A stretch of DNA of 64,000 bases, taken from positions 1,995,345 through 2,059,344 of the forward strand of contig MU004237.1 in assembly GCA_010405405.1 (NCBI GenBank), read 5' to 3'. This stretch comes from Microthyrium microscopicum (taxonomy: Eukaryota). The notes under the pieces are model-generated. The model saw only the letters and a list, made by a program, of their open reading frames with translations. It ran no database searches and was not told where the DNA came from. A program made the translations under genes and the position numbers. Below are positions 46,917 to 58,967 of the stretch, one piece after another (within the stretch, counting starts at the first letter, position 1; every line of letters begins with the position of its first letter).

Positions 46917-48975
46917 TTAAGCCGGAGATACTAACTTGATGTAACGTTCTTCCTGAAGATATCTGAGTGCAAGCTGGATATCTTCATGACTATATCGAGT
47001 GTCGCTACCTATGACTAGCTCGACAAAACTCGCGACATTGTGTGTAACGCCTCCACCTGCAAAAATACCTGCGTCAATCATTTGCCGTGCTGTTACGACA
47101 AAGCCTCTGGCACTTCCGTCGAGAACAATTTGATCCGATGTACTTTTCTTCCTCTGCTGAGCTCCATCATCTTTTTCACCGACCTCATCCGGGAAGTCAG
47201 ATGGAAACTTGGCATCAAAAGCAGCTGCCGCCTCAGCATACTTTTTTTCCAATTTGAGCTTTGTCACTCCTTTGCCAAGCAATAAATTTCCTTCTCTTTT
47301 CATCTTCTGATACCATCCACTGAGATAAGATTCGAAAAGCTGACCATCCTTCCCGAGAATATCTATATTTCTAACCCACATAAACTTGAATTGCTCTCGC
47401 AAATCCCCTTCGTAGATGGGTTCGAGGGCCAAGGCTGGGGATAGCGGTCTAATAGGAGAAGGAGTTCTCCATCGGGGCACCTCTATAGCTGGACGTTCCT
47501 CCTCCCATGGCGTAGTAGATGTCAGAGGCCGGTCATCACGCGTAGATGTAGCTGCGACTTGAAGCGTTGGCGCGGCTGTTCTTCTTGCAGCGGCAAGATA
47601 CTGAGGCAATCCAGCTTGAGCTTCACGCTCTTCTGCGATGTTCATCTGCTTCTCCATCATTTCATCCTCAACGCCGGCGTCACTGTCCTCACCGTCTGCG
47701 TCATTCTCCTCCTGATCCGTGTGATTGTCCTCAGCTTCTGCTTCGGTGGTCTCATGCTCCGTAACGTTGTCTCCATCATCTCGATCATTTGCATCGCTTT
47801 TCTCATGCTCTGTGATGATGAGTTCTTCGTCTGGAGCCTGGAATGCATCCTCCATGGTGGTGTCGTCATCCTGGTCCTCGTCCTCCTCTGATTCATTGTC
47901 TGCATTATCTGACTCCGGATGGTGTACCTCAACGTCCATAGTGGCTCCAGACTGTGCTATACTGGACTCATCCTCGCGGGCGGGCTCTCCATGTTCGGTG
48001 ACTTGAGCTGCATCTTCCATGGTTATGTCCTCAGGTTCTGCTTTCTTGGCGCCATCGTTGTTGGAGGCATCACCATACTCAGCGGATTGGACAGCGACCT
48101 CAATCGTGTCGTCAACGACAGTGTGATCGGGGCTCATGGCGGACGCAGGATTTGCTGTGTCTTTGTTGTTCTTCATCTCGGTGTCTGCTGGTTCTGTGCC
48201 ATTGGACTCATTCTGGCTGCTAGAAGTGCCATTGAGTATGGCCGGGACTGCCATCTCAGCGCTGTCGCCAACCGCAATGTCCGTAGAGCCGCTTCCAGAC
48301 CCAGCCTTTGTCACGTCACTCTCGTACTTCGAATCGATATTCCCAGTCTCCCCAGTCTTAGACTCATGCCGATCGCTAGAAGTTCCTCCCATCGTGGCCG
48401 GGGCTGCATTCTCAAAACCGTCGTTGACCACAATTTCCACGGAGCTGCTGTCAGATCCAGAGTTTGCAGGGTCCTCATTATGTTGCGTTTGAGTGTCTTC
48501 AGGCTCCGCTTTGCTGAGCTCAACATGCTCGTGGGCAGAGTCTCCAGTGCCAGTGGTGTAAATTCCAAGAGCTAGAAGTTCACCTTCCCTGGTGAAGGTT
48601 TGACTGTTGGCGGCGTGGCCTTCCGCCTGTATAGCGTCGACCTCATGGTTTGCGACGACTTGAGATGCCGGTTCTGGTGCGGCCGCCTCGACTACAACAC
48701 CGGCACGAGGATTGTCTTCGCTTTCAATGGGCTGTGATTGCCGGTCAGTGGGCTCGACTTCACTTTCCAAAACCGCGATCGTATGGTCCGAAGCCTCCAC
48801 GCCAGGCTCAGTTGTACCATGGATCTCACGATCGCGCTGGTCTGATCCGTTGTCTCTTTCCATGAATGTGAGTTGCTGCAATGAAAGTGTTGATGTAAGT
48901 TGATTTTAACCGCGAGAAGAAGTCAAATCTTTTGGGAACTTGAGTGAAAAGACTAACCCGCAAAAAAGATGCCAT
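46917..48975 (-). CDS. Hypothetical acidic, largely disordered protein (~660 aa) with a folded C-terminal region
   Basis: A short first exon MASFLR (48975-48958, GTTAGT donor) splices in frame to QLTFMER of the 654-codon ORF. The N-terminal two-thirds are D/E-rich and the C-terminus has a hydrophobic/helical pattern. Confidence 0.75.
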
Positions 48976-49495
48976 CTTATAAGTCTCACATCTCTGACAA
49001 GAGGATTGCCAGGCAAACTTTTGACAAAGGAGTTCCTGAATCTCTCCAAAAACAACCAGTGAGCCACGCATGCTGACCAAAGTGAGACAAACAGCTTTGA
49101 TCAAAGAGACATGACCCAGAAACAACTATATCTACGGCACCAAAACAAAAGCATCCATATACCACAAAAATAGTCAGTCGTGGCAAATAAACACAATGAG
49201 CGGGTGGCAAACATACATTGCGGTTTACCAAGCACAGAAAGAAGGAGCCGAGAAAGCTCTCACCCTCAACAGCAGCTATCCACAGCAATTGACCTCGCTA
49301 TCTTGACTCCAGCAAGCATATTCGAGTCGCAAACTTTTCCTTATTACGCAGAGAGCAATTTCTCCCACAACAATCCATCGATCAGTCAAAGTCATACATT
49401 CATTACCGAAAATACCATTGTCAGCTTGCTAAAGCACAAAAATCATTCAGGGGGTATCGTGACCTGTTCCTCATCCACAATTTCCAACTTCTTGA

Positions 49496-52188
49496 TCACA
49501 TCAAACATCCACTCTCCTTACTCGAATGCAGCTCCGTCGCGCCCAACCGCACAACATTTCCCTCGCCGACCGTTGTAAATGACTCCACGAGCCATTCGTA
49601 CCATACTTTGCGATCGTCGGTTTGGCGCCACATACTGATGACTAGCTCGGAGTGGTCTGGGAACGTCACTGGATCCTGGGAGGTCGTTAGCGCAGTAAAC
49701 ATAGCTGGTGGGAAGATGAAAGTAGTGTGCAGGTTGTGGAGATGACTTGGGAAATATGTGATGGTAAAGGGGAGTTGGATATAGGAAGACTTACCCTCAG
49801 CGGGAAATATATAGGAAACCAACTAATCATATCCTTACTCATCCGATCCATCGTCAACGGATTCGTACTCAACTCCACCAACCCATCTCCCTCCTCCCAC
49901 TCCTCATCATCACTATCACCAGTATACCCATCCCCATATCTATCCTCAGCACTCTTCTCACTCTTAAACAGCGTCGTCTCAAAGTATCCTGCAAAGCCAT
50001 GGCACACACCACGTTTTGGGCATGGGAAGACTAGTCTACAGAAACGGTTGTTATGTACATTTGCGCCGTCACCGCCCGTTGGTCCTCCACCACCACCTTG
50101 CGCGGATCCGCTGCGTCGGAGTGCGGATTGGGAGAGGATGGAGGGTGGGATGGGGTGGTTGAAGGACCAGGTTGGTAGGATGGTGGGTGTTTTTAGAGAT
50201 AGGGCTGGTTCGGTGGTTGTGGTGGTGTCTTCTTGGGCTTGGATGTTTTGTTGGCCGGGTTGTTGGGCGCGGGTGTTCCAGGAGAGGAAATCGTATTGGT
50301 GTAACATGACGACGTAAGGCACATTGAATATGGTCTTTGCGTCTGAAGAGCCACGTGCTTTGGAGACGAGGTCGGCGTGTAAACGGGGTGATGCGATGGG
50401 TGTTAGGAATGCGGTGTATGAGGATGGGATGGAGATGCCGTTTTTGCTTAATACGTGTTGCACGCCGTCGAGACATTCGGGGCTGAGTTCATTGTCGCCG
50501 AAAGAGCCCAGTAGTTCAGAGACTAAGATGTCGACTCCATAGCTTGTGCCGTCGGGGTGTTGAGGCCCTTTCCAGGATCGCATGTCGGATTTTACGACGG
50601 TGACTTGATTATTCCAGCGCTCGCGAGCATAACGTTGAAGGAGGACATAGGCGTTGGGATTCTTTTCGACGGCCCATACATCGACCGGGATGCCGACGGC
50701 TTTTGCAGCGGCTATCGCTCTGGAGACGAGTGGTCCTCGACCAGAGCCGGCTACTGCAATGACGATGCGGCCATCCGGGCATGAACCAGGATGTTTTGCG
50801 TCGATCCAGTCATGCAGAGCGAATGCGACTGCCCGTTCGTACCATTCATATTTGATTGGATCCTTCTCAAAGACTTCGTATGTGACCGACTCCAGATTGT
50901 CAGCGAGCGGTTGCAATGGCATCTGAAGTACATCTTGATATCCGGCTCCAAAAACGTCCATTGGTGGACGGAAAGTATCTCTTCTTTGAAGTACGCGTAG
51001 ATAGCTCAGTCGGGGAGCCGGATCAGACGATATAGAGTGAAAGAGTCCAGCATTGGAAGCTGCGGCCTCGGCCGGTGTAGGTTCGAGGTTTGATGCGCTG
51101 CTATATGACGAGTTGGGCGAGTTGTTTCCAGATACATTTGAGCTTTCGTCTAGTAGAATCCAAGGAGTGTGGCGTAAGCGCATGAAACGAGTGAGAAGGG
51201 TCTGTTGAGGTTTTTGTAGAACAGGTTGCTTGTGTTTGTTGAGAATAAAACTCGATTTTGGCATGATCAGCGTGGATACTGGTTCTGCTACCCATCTAGC
51301 CTGTATAGAAAATGATGGTATCGACTTCGGTACTACGAGAGCTACATCAAGTTAGATTACTTCATTGAAAATCATGTAAGGATAGTCTTGACTTACCAAC
51401 AGAAATCCGAGGACTATATTTGCAAAAGGTTCTTATGAACTCCCAAGCTTCCCAAGCTGTAAATGATCCCTGTTTCTCAACCGACTCTGGATGTCGCTGT
51501 GCAGCAGATCTCGAAAGATGCACATCGGAGGATCCAGCTAACGATGAGAAAAGAGTAGATCCCGAGGATTTGACGGGTGAAAATGGCAAGACAACATGAA
51601 TATGGAGGTAGGCAGAGACACTGAGAGCTTCGTATATAGCTCTAGCATACTGACTGAGTCCACTCATCGAGATGGTTCCATCAGGAAGTAGCGGCCCTGG
51701 AGTAAGAACCTGAGAAATTCCACAGAAAGAAGCATAAGCAATCTCCAATCCAAAGACTTGGCGAGATATATCAGCAACAAGAGGGTCTGCAGATGCAAGA
51801 TCTATCCAAGAGCTGGAGACGGCAAGCAACTGGCTGGTATTTGCACTAGGAACTAGGATGGAATCTTCAGGAGTGAGAGCGGCAACTATTGGATTTGGTT
51901 CTGTGCTCTCTAGAGAGTATTTTTCGGTATGGTAATGGGTGTCAACGATTTCCTGTATATGAGAGCGAAACCGAGCAGTTGTGATGGGGAAAGTGTTCAT
52001 GTTGTACTATATTGATTAGAGATAGACAGTTTAGTGGTTTTATCCGATCTTACTCCAAGGTCATTGGCGTGTGTGCTTGCCTCCGCTAGCTTATCATCTT
52101 GATGCGAACTATTTCCACCATGATGGGTATCATGCAAACCAATATACCACATGGCTGCTGGTGCCTCTGTCTGTGGAGGAGTTGCCAT
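49496..52188 (-). CDS. PRMT5: Type II protein arginine N-methyltransferase PRMT5 / Skb1 / Hsl7
   Basis: Motifs: TIM-barrel SSWIDLASADP, PLQPLADNLES.TYEVFEKDPIKY, SAM motif AGSGRGPLV, VEKNPNA, double-E loop VSELLGSFGDNELSPECL, MISWFPIYFP, and C-terminal MWRQTDDRKVWYEW. Three canonical introns. Confidence 0.95.
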
Positions 52189-52751
52189 GATAGCAGTGGC
52201 CCAGTGGGCGTTGGTTCCAAGCTCTTTTTGACGTCTATAATCGTCTTGCCTCTTGTTTGAAATCCAGTAAACACTTTCTTCGGCGATAAACACGATAAAC
52301 AAAAGTGATGAAGAATCCAACTTCGCTAAATGCAAAAGTAGGCGAAAGACCAACTCATCAAGCAAGTAAATGGACGCCTGCCTCTGCCTGTCCAGGTGGG
52401 CGGTGACTGCTCCCACAAGAAATATTTACGCCTAAAAGGGAAGGTCTAAGAGGCTGAGAAAAAACAGCAGTCGCGATTCACTCATGCCAAGATTGGCCCG
52501 TGCACCAAGAGTGACATTTTCTGTTGCAAAACGCCTGATGCATCTCAACCTACACAATTTACGAGCTTTAATGCTGTTTTATCCCAACATAAACCTCCCC
52601 ATCGTTCATCTCCAGTACCAAGTGAATTAGCAGGCTATTTCATAAGCAATGCTCTCTGTGTACACAACATAAACACTCACCATCGCGACGCGCCCCATCC
52701 TCCACATCTCCTTCAAACTTCAACCTCAGTCCTTACTCCATACCCGCCATA
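52189..52751. promoter_or_regulatory. Compact divergent (probably bidirectional) promoter region between PRMT5 and CEF1
   Basis: The two ATGs face outwards with 563 bp between them. No specific binding sites were assigned. Confidence 0.5.
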
Positions 52752-55091
52752 ATGCCTACCGTCAAAGGAGGTGTCTGGACCAACATCGAGGATGAAATTC
52801 TCAAAGCTGCCATCTCAAAATATGGTCTCAACCAATGGGCTCGAGTCTCGTCTCTGCTTGCCCGCAAAACCTCGAAGCAATGCAAAGCACGTTGGGACGA
52901 ATGGCTAGATCCATCGATTCGAAAGATAGAATGGTCCCGTGAGGAAGACGAAAAGCTGCTGCACTTGGCCAAGTTGATGCCCACGCAATGGCGAACGATT
53001 GCTCCCATAGTTGGTCGCACTGCAAATCAGTGTCTCGAGCGTTACAACAAGCTGTTAGATGATGCGCAAGCACGAGAAGATGCTGAACTTGGCCTTGCTG
53101 GGCCTGGCGATGAAGCAAGTGCGCCCACTGCTGATGATGTTCGACGATTACGGCCCGGAGAGGTGGATCCAGATCCTGAGAGCAAGCCTGCCCGTCCTGA
53201 TACAATTGATATGGATGAGGATGAAAAGGAAATGTTAAGTGAAGCTCGAGCTCGTCTGGCCAACACACAAGGAAAGAAAGCAAAGCGCAAGGCACGAGAA
53301 CGTCAGCTCGAAGAGTCCCGACGGGTAGCCTCATTGCAAAAACGACGCGAGCTGAAAATGAGTGGTATCAATATTAAGCTCAAGGCTGCAAAGAAAGGCG
53401 AGATGGACTACAATGCCGATATACCGTTTGAGCGCCCTGCTGTACCTGGATTTTATGATACAACAGATGAACAAGTGCGCAATGAGAAAGAACGAGATGC
53501 CTTTGATCCTCGGAAACAACAGCTTGCCATCAAGCGAAAGGGTGGACCGGAAGATGAGCAATCGGATAACAAGCGGAAGAAGACCGACAAGGCTGGACCC
53601 AATGCTGGATTCGGTGCGGCCATGAAAGCAGCTCAAGCTCAAAAAATTCGAGAAGCAGAACAGATGAGCAAACGACGAGGTCTAGTTCTGCCCGCACCCC
53701 AGGTCGGTGACAGCGAAATGGAGGACATCGTCAAAATGGGTCTTTCTGGCGAACGAGCGAGTTCTAGTTCAGCCGAGAATCACGCAACCAAGGGTCTCAT
53801 CGGCAATTACAATAACATGACAGGTGCAACTCCTATTCGTACTCCTCGGGCAGCTCAAGAAGAAGATCGAGTTGCCAACGAGATTGCCAATATTCGAGCT
53901 CTAAACGAAACACAATCAGCGCTTCTTGGAGGTGAAAACAATGACCTAATCGAAGGCTCCGGGTCGACTGGATTCGAAGGCGCTGCTCCTAGCAAGCATG
54001 TAGTTGCAACACCTAATCCAATGGCAACACCATTCCGACAAGCGAACGGTACAAATGGAGCACCATCGGCAACACCATTGAGAACACCCCGTGATAACCT
54101 CAGCCTCAACCGGGAGTCCGGCATGCAACTCGTTGGTGCTACACCGCGAGACATCAGATTACACGAAAAAGCATCGAAACAAAGCCTCATGAGCCAACTC
54201 GCTGCTCTACCAAAACCAAAAGAGTCCGAGTGGGAGCTCGAACTTCCAGAAGAGCAAGACGAAATGGTCATAACATCTGATAGCGTGGCTGAAGATTCAG
54301 CAGCTAGAGATCGCCGAGAAAAAATGCTTCGGGATGCTGCTGAGCTGTCCGAGTTCAAGGCTCAGAGCATGGTTGTGCAACAACGCTTACCTCGACCCAC
54401 TGTAATCGACTTGAATGCTTTACTGAAGAACGCCAAAGCCATCGAAGATCCTTTCAGAAAAGCAGCCGCCATAGAAACGGCTCATCTCATTGCTCACGAT
54501 GCTGCCAAATTTGGAGGAGGAAGCGTCAAAGTCACAGGCACCCCTAAGGCTCTTCGCCCAATCGAACCTAGCGCACTAGAAGAAGCCCGTCGCGCCGTCC
54601 AAGAACAACTCGCCAACGAAAAGAACGAGGAAGAGCGCAAAAGCTTTACAAACGGCTGGTCAGAGCTTCACTGCAAGGGTGGACTCCCCGGCATGGATGG
54701 CTACTACGAAGATGAAGTCGATGAACATCAAATGCTTGTCGAATCATTAGACGAGCTACAAGACTCCATTGGTGATTCTGCCAAGAAAGGCACAGAGCTT
54801 GAAAAGAAATTATCGAAACTTCATGGTGGCTATATTGCGCGGTCCAAGATGCTCAAAACGAAGATCGCGGATACTGCCAAAGCACTCGAGAATGCACGAA
54901 TTGGTTTGAACACTGCGCTTGATGCGCAGGCCAAGGAGGACGGTGCGATATCTAGGCGACTCGAGAAGCTGCGCGACGAACTGGCATTTGTCAGTCGACG
55001 CGAGCGGGAAGAGCAGGAGATTTATAGGAACGTTAAGGATGAGTTGAGCACGCTTTCGTTGCAGGTCCCTGCGACTAATGGTGTGCATTGA
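52752..55091 (+). CDS. CEF1: Pre-mRNA splicing factor Cef1/Cdc5 (NTC/Prp19 complex, Myb repeats)
   Basis: Intronless 779-aa ORF with [87 protein letters not shown] and a TP-rich middle. Confidence 0.97.
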   Translation: MPTVKGGVWTNIEDEILKAAISKYGLNQWARVSSLLARKTSKQCKARWDEWLDPSIRKIEWSREEDEKLLHLAKLMPTQWRTIAPIVGRTANQCLERYNKLLDDAQAREDAELGLAGPGDEASAPTADDVRRLRPGEVDPDPESKPARPDTIDMDEDEKEMLSEARARLANTQGKKAKRKARERQLEESRRVASLQKRRELKMSGINIKLKAAKKGEMDYNADIPFERPAVPGFYDTTDEQVRNEKERDAFDPRKQQLAIKRKGGPEDEQSDNKRKKTDKAGPNAGFGAAMKAAQAQKIREAEQMSKRRGLVLPAPQVGDSEMEDIVKMGLSGERASSSSAENHATKGLIGNYNNMTGATPIRTPRAAQEEDRVANEIANIRALNETQSALLGGENNDLIEGSGSTGFEGAAPSKHVVATPNPMATPFRQANGTNGAPSATPLRTPRDNLSLNRESGMQLVGATPRDIRLHEKASKQSLMSQLAALPKPKESEWELELPEEQDEMVITSDSVAEDSAARDRREKMLRDAAELSEFKAQSMVVQQRLPRPTVIDLNALLKNAKAIEDPFRKAAAIETAHLIAHDAAKFGGGSVKVTGTPKALRPIEPSALEEARRAVQEQLANEKNEEERKSFTNGWSELHCKGGLPGMDGYYEDEVDEHQMLVESLDELQDSIGDSAKKGTELEKKLSKLHGGYIARSKMLKTKIADTAKALENARIGLNTALDAQAKEDGAISRRLEKLRDELAFVSRREREEQEIYRNVKDELSTLSLQVPATNGVH

Positions 55092-55512
55092 GGTCTGTAT
55101 ATACTTAGTGCTGTGAGCTTGGATCGATATTGGAATACAAGCACAAACTTGGTGCCATAGGCAGTCCTTAGGGTGGGTTTGCTATCCATGGCATGGAAAT
55201 AAACATTGCGATGATATTACCCCTGAATGTGGATCTCTGTTGGTGATTCGCTCATTGGATAAGTTTATGCATGCGGTACCGAGGTTAATGTGGGGTACAG
55301 CTTCGATTACTACCTCTCCTCTCATATGCTCCAGTTGTATATCAAAACAATAACGGGGATCTAATCGAGTGCCAACGACCCCTCTTTACCTCGCTGTATA
55401 ACATCAAGTGTTTCCTTGATTCTCAGAAGCAGTGGATCTCGATTACGCGGACCAAACCATAACCCCAACCTCAACACCATCACCATCACCAACCTGAGAT
55501 TCAACCGCAACA

Positions 55513-56793
55513 ATGTCCAAAAACACATATAAAAACGTCATTGTCGAAATCAAAGGCCAAATCGGCATAATCTATGTACTTACTATTCTCCCCCCAAACA
55601 CCCCAAATACCCCATCCCAATCCACTTCTCCCATACATCACCACTAACTCCCCCATCCAGCTCAACCGTCCCAAAACCCTCAACGCCTTCGGCGACAATC
55701 TAGGCGATGAAGTCATAACCGCTTTCCGCGAACTAAATGAACACCCTGACACAATCTTCACCGTCCTTACCGGCAAAGGCCGCTTCTTCTCTTCTGGTGC
55801 TGATGTCAGGGGCGGTATACCAACTGCGACCGGCGCGGGTGGAAATCAGACTGATGCGGGGAAGAAAATTGCGAGTATTAATAAATTTGCTGCTAGTATG
55901 TATTTCTTCCTTTTCCAAAACATATCACAAACGACAGGGGAGTATGATGGCGCTCGAAGTCTCGTTGGTGCCAATGACCTCGCTGCGTTCAGGAGAACAC
56001 TGGCCATCACTCGGGGGATGTTCGCTGACTTTCACATAGCACTCGAAATGATGCGTTCCGCCATCGACCACAAAAAAGTCCTCATCCTCGCCCTCAACGG
56101 CCCCTCCGTCGGCGGCGGCGCCGCCTGGTTCCAAGGAGTTTCCGACATTGTCCTCGCCGCGTCTGGCGCGTGGCTCCAAGTCCCTTTCTCTGCGCTGGGA
56201 CTCGTGCCTGAGAATGGGTCAGTCACTACATATGCGCAGAGCATTGGACAACATCGTGCGAACGAGTTTTTGATGTTTGGACGGAAAGTTAGCGTGGAAG
56301 AGATGGAGAGGTGGGGGATGGTGAATCATGTGTTTCCCGCAGAGGGATTTCATGAGAAGGTGATTGAGTATTTGGAGGAGCAGTTGGAGGTTAATGATGG
56401 GAAGGCGATGTTGGAGACGAAGAGGTTGGCGAATATTCCGTTGAGAGAGACGAGGATTAATGCGTTGTTTAATTCTTGGGAGGCGTTGTCGGAGAGATCG
56501 GTTGATGTGAGTTTGTCAAGATGTGATCAAATCGTTTTGTTTGATATCTTTAATCACGGTCCTGCCTGATTGGGGCAAGATCATGATTTCAGCATATCGA
56601 GACGTTTTGGGCACCATTATGTCAGCTATGATTATTCGTTACTAATAGATCTTCAGGGGGCATCCGCCGCGCGGTTTGAGGCCAAGAGAAAGAACCTAGA
56701 ATGTAAGTCTTGGTGTCGCGGGTGTACGCGTGGGCAGTCGCAATGAAAGCGAAGCTAACAAGATTCTTAGCAAAATCAAAGTCAAGACTGTAA
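55513..56793 (+). CDS. Peroxisomal delta3,delta2-enoyl-CoA isomerase (crotonase fold, Eci1-like)
   Basis: Five exons, with LNRPKTLNAF, TGKGRFFSSGAD, ALNGPSVGGG and PFSALGLVPENG. The spliced last exon ends SKSKSRL*, a PTS1 signal. Confidence 0.9.
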
Positions 56794-58967
56794 CAAATAA
56801 AATAAACTTCTGGCCTGCGGCCAATTCCCATGCGCTAAGATCTGGGAAACTACCTCAGTTGTTTAGGGCGATCGGCATAGAACATCGATCGTAAATGCTA
56901 TGCATTGTCAACGGGTCCGCGCAAAAAAACGGGTCCGCGACCTTCTATTCTCGAGACTAGTTACTTCCTACACTAAATGTTATAGGAAAGCGAAGCACAA
57001 CTAGCTTTTTTTGTGTTTACTTTTTTGAGCCGCACGCCGACCCGGGGAACTTATCATGACACCAATGTGGCTAGAGTCCATGGTCTATATTGGTCAAGGA
57101 GATCCCAGCTAATACCAAAGAGCCTCAATTCTGCTCCCAGGTTTGACAAGAATGTGGCAACGAGCTACCTGGTTTGGCCGGCGTTATTCTGTTTCCACAC
57201 GTAGGTTGTGGGGAATTGGGCGATCATAGGTAAATCTGAAGTATCAACTCGTCGCATGTATCCACGAGGATTGATCACGGTCTGTCCCACACCAAGATTG
57301 TATATTACTTACTGCTCTTAGTCGCGGATTGTCGGACCGCAAATGGGTCAGGCCGAAAAAAAGCACTGGTGGCTGAGCCTTCGAAAGGGTAACGTTACAG
57401 TTGACAATGATCACGCGAGCCGCACAGTAGAGTACATGTCAGTTTGCCTGTGTCAACACCAACTTTACTAAAGCAACGTATCAGTCCCAGGTACCTACTC
57501 GTAACATCTACGGCGAACCGTTGCAGAACTCTAGGTAGAAGTATCCATAAAGTCGTTCGTCCGGCTGACCATGAATCCAGGCTTTCGGAAACACCAAAGC
57601 GATTAATGGTAATGGTGTTACGTTTATTAGACGCACAGGCGCGCAATTCTTACTTCCCATGGAAAAAGTCTAATAGATCGGAGGTAGTCGTTTACAATAC
57701 TTGCTGTACATCTGCTGACTTGGGTATAGGGCACATCCAGCAGTAGAGTAAGTGTTGGGAAATTTTGTTCTATATCGCCGCACACCACCATACTCTATAT
57801 AGAAGCTGGTCAGTGCAGGTTCTATATCATAATAGGTGTAGTGACCTAATATATGCTAGCAGCACATCATTTGTGCGACTTTCGCTTTCGGCAGTCGGTT
57901 TACTTTAGTAGGGTTTGTCGACCATGTACGGTGCAACGATGCAAATTGTACCACAACAAGTGACCTACGAGGATAAAGTTTCCATTCGAAAATGTCAAAT
58001 GGCCAAGTCTGAATGGAGATATGGTCGAAAAGTCTGCAAATAATCACTGGTTTTTGGACAAAAGTCTCGAACCTGCAGATAACGGTCTCCGACCCAATGG
58101 CACGTTTATATTAAGAAGCTTGGGGACTGCGGCTATTGGACCTACCCGGTTAATGCAAATTAGCGTACCTGTCAAAGGTATAACACATTTCCAGAAGGAT
58201 TCTATAGCTATCAGCTTTCCACATGTCGGGAATATAATTCAGATCACGGTTTGGGGTACGTGGGTACGACTACCAGGACTTTGTGAAGACTGCCACACCT
58301 GCCACGATTGCCTGGGCACGCGGTCATATCACTTGATGTTATTGAGGCAGATTATGGATCTACCTTCTCCAAGATCTGGCATGCTCAAGACAGTAGGTGA
58401 TCGAGTGTGGGGACCTCTTTGCCGGCCTTAATGTAACGAGGGAAGTAATGTATAGCGCTTAGTCGTGCTTGGAGAGAACTGACCAACAAAACCTGGTACT
58501 ATACCGTATGAAAAAAGGCTCGTGCCGTGTATCAAGAGATTATGTGGAGTGTAACGCATGCTCCCATTCGGCAACTACCCAATTGAAATAGATGTCCGCT
58601 AGGGGCCTCTCATTTCTCACGGTTATGCACCCCTGCCAAGGCGGATCAAATATCTGAGCTGGGCTTTATATCTTGCAAGTTCTGTTAAGCAACTTGAGAA
58701 GATTCCATGGGCTGATGCGCAATTAGACCCTGGACTATGGAGGCAGATGGACATGTGGTAACTTTCGACCAGGTTGACCTGTTGGAAAACTTCCGCAAAT
58801 CTAATGTACGTGACGATATGACCGCGTTTTGGTGTCGTTCGTCCGCCGGATATGTTGGTGCGCAAGAATATTATATAGGTGGCAGATATCATGTCTTCTC
58901 AAATAGCTTGATGTCTTGACCAGCCCATTCTTTTTGCATAGCATTGGTTCACTCCTTTGAGACCACC

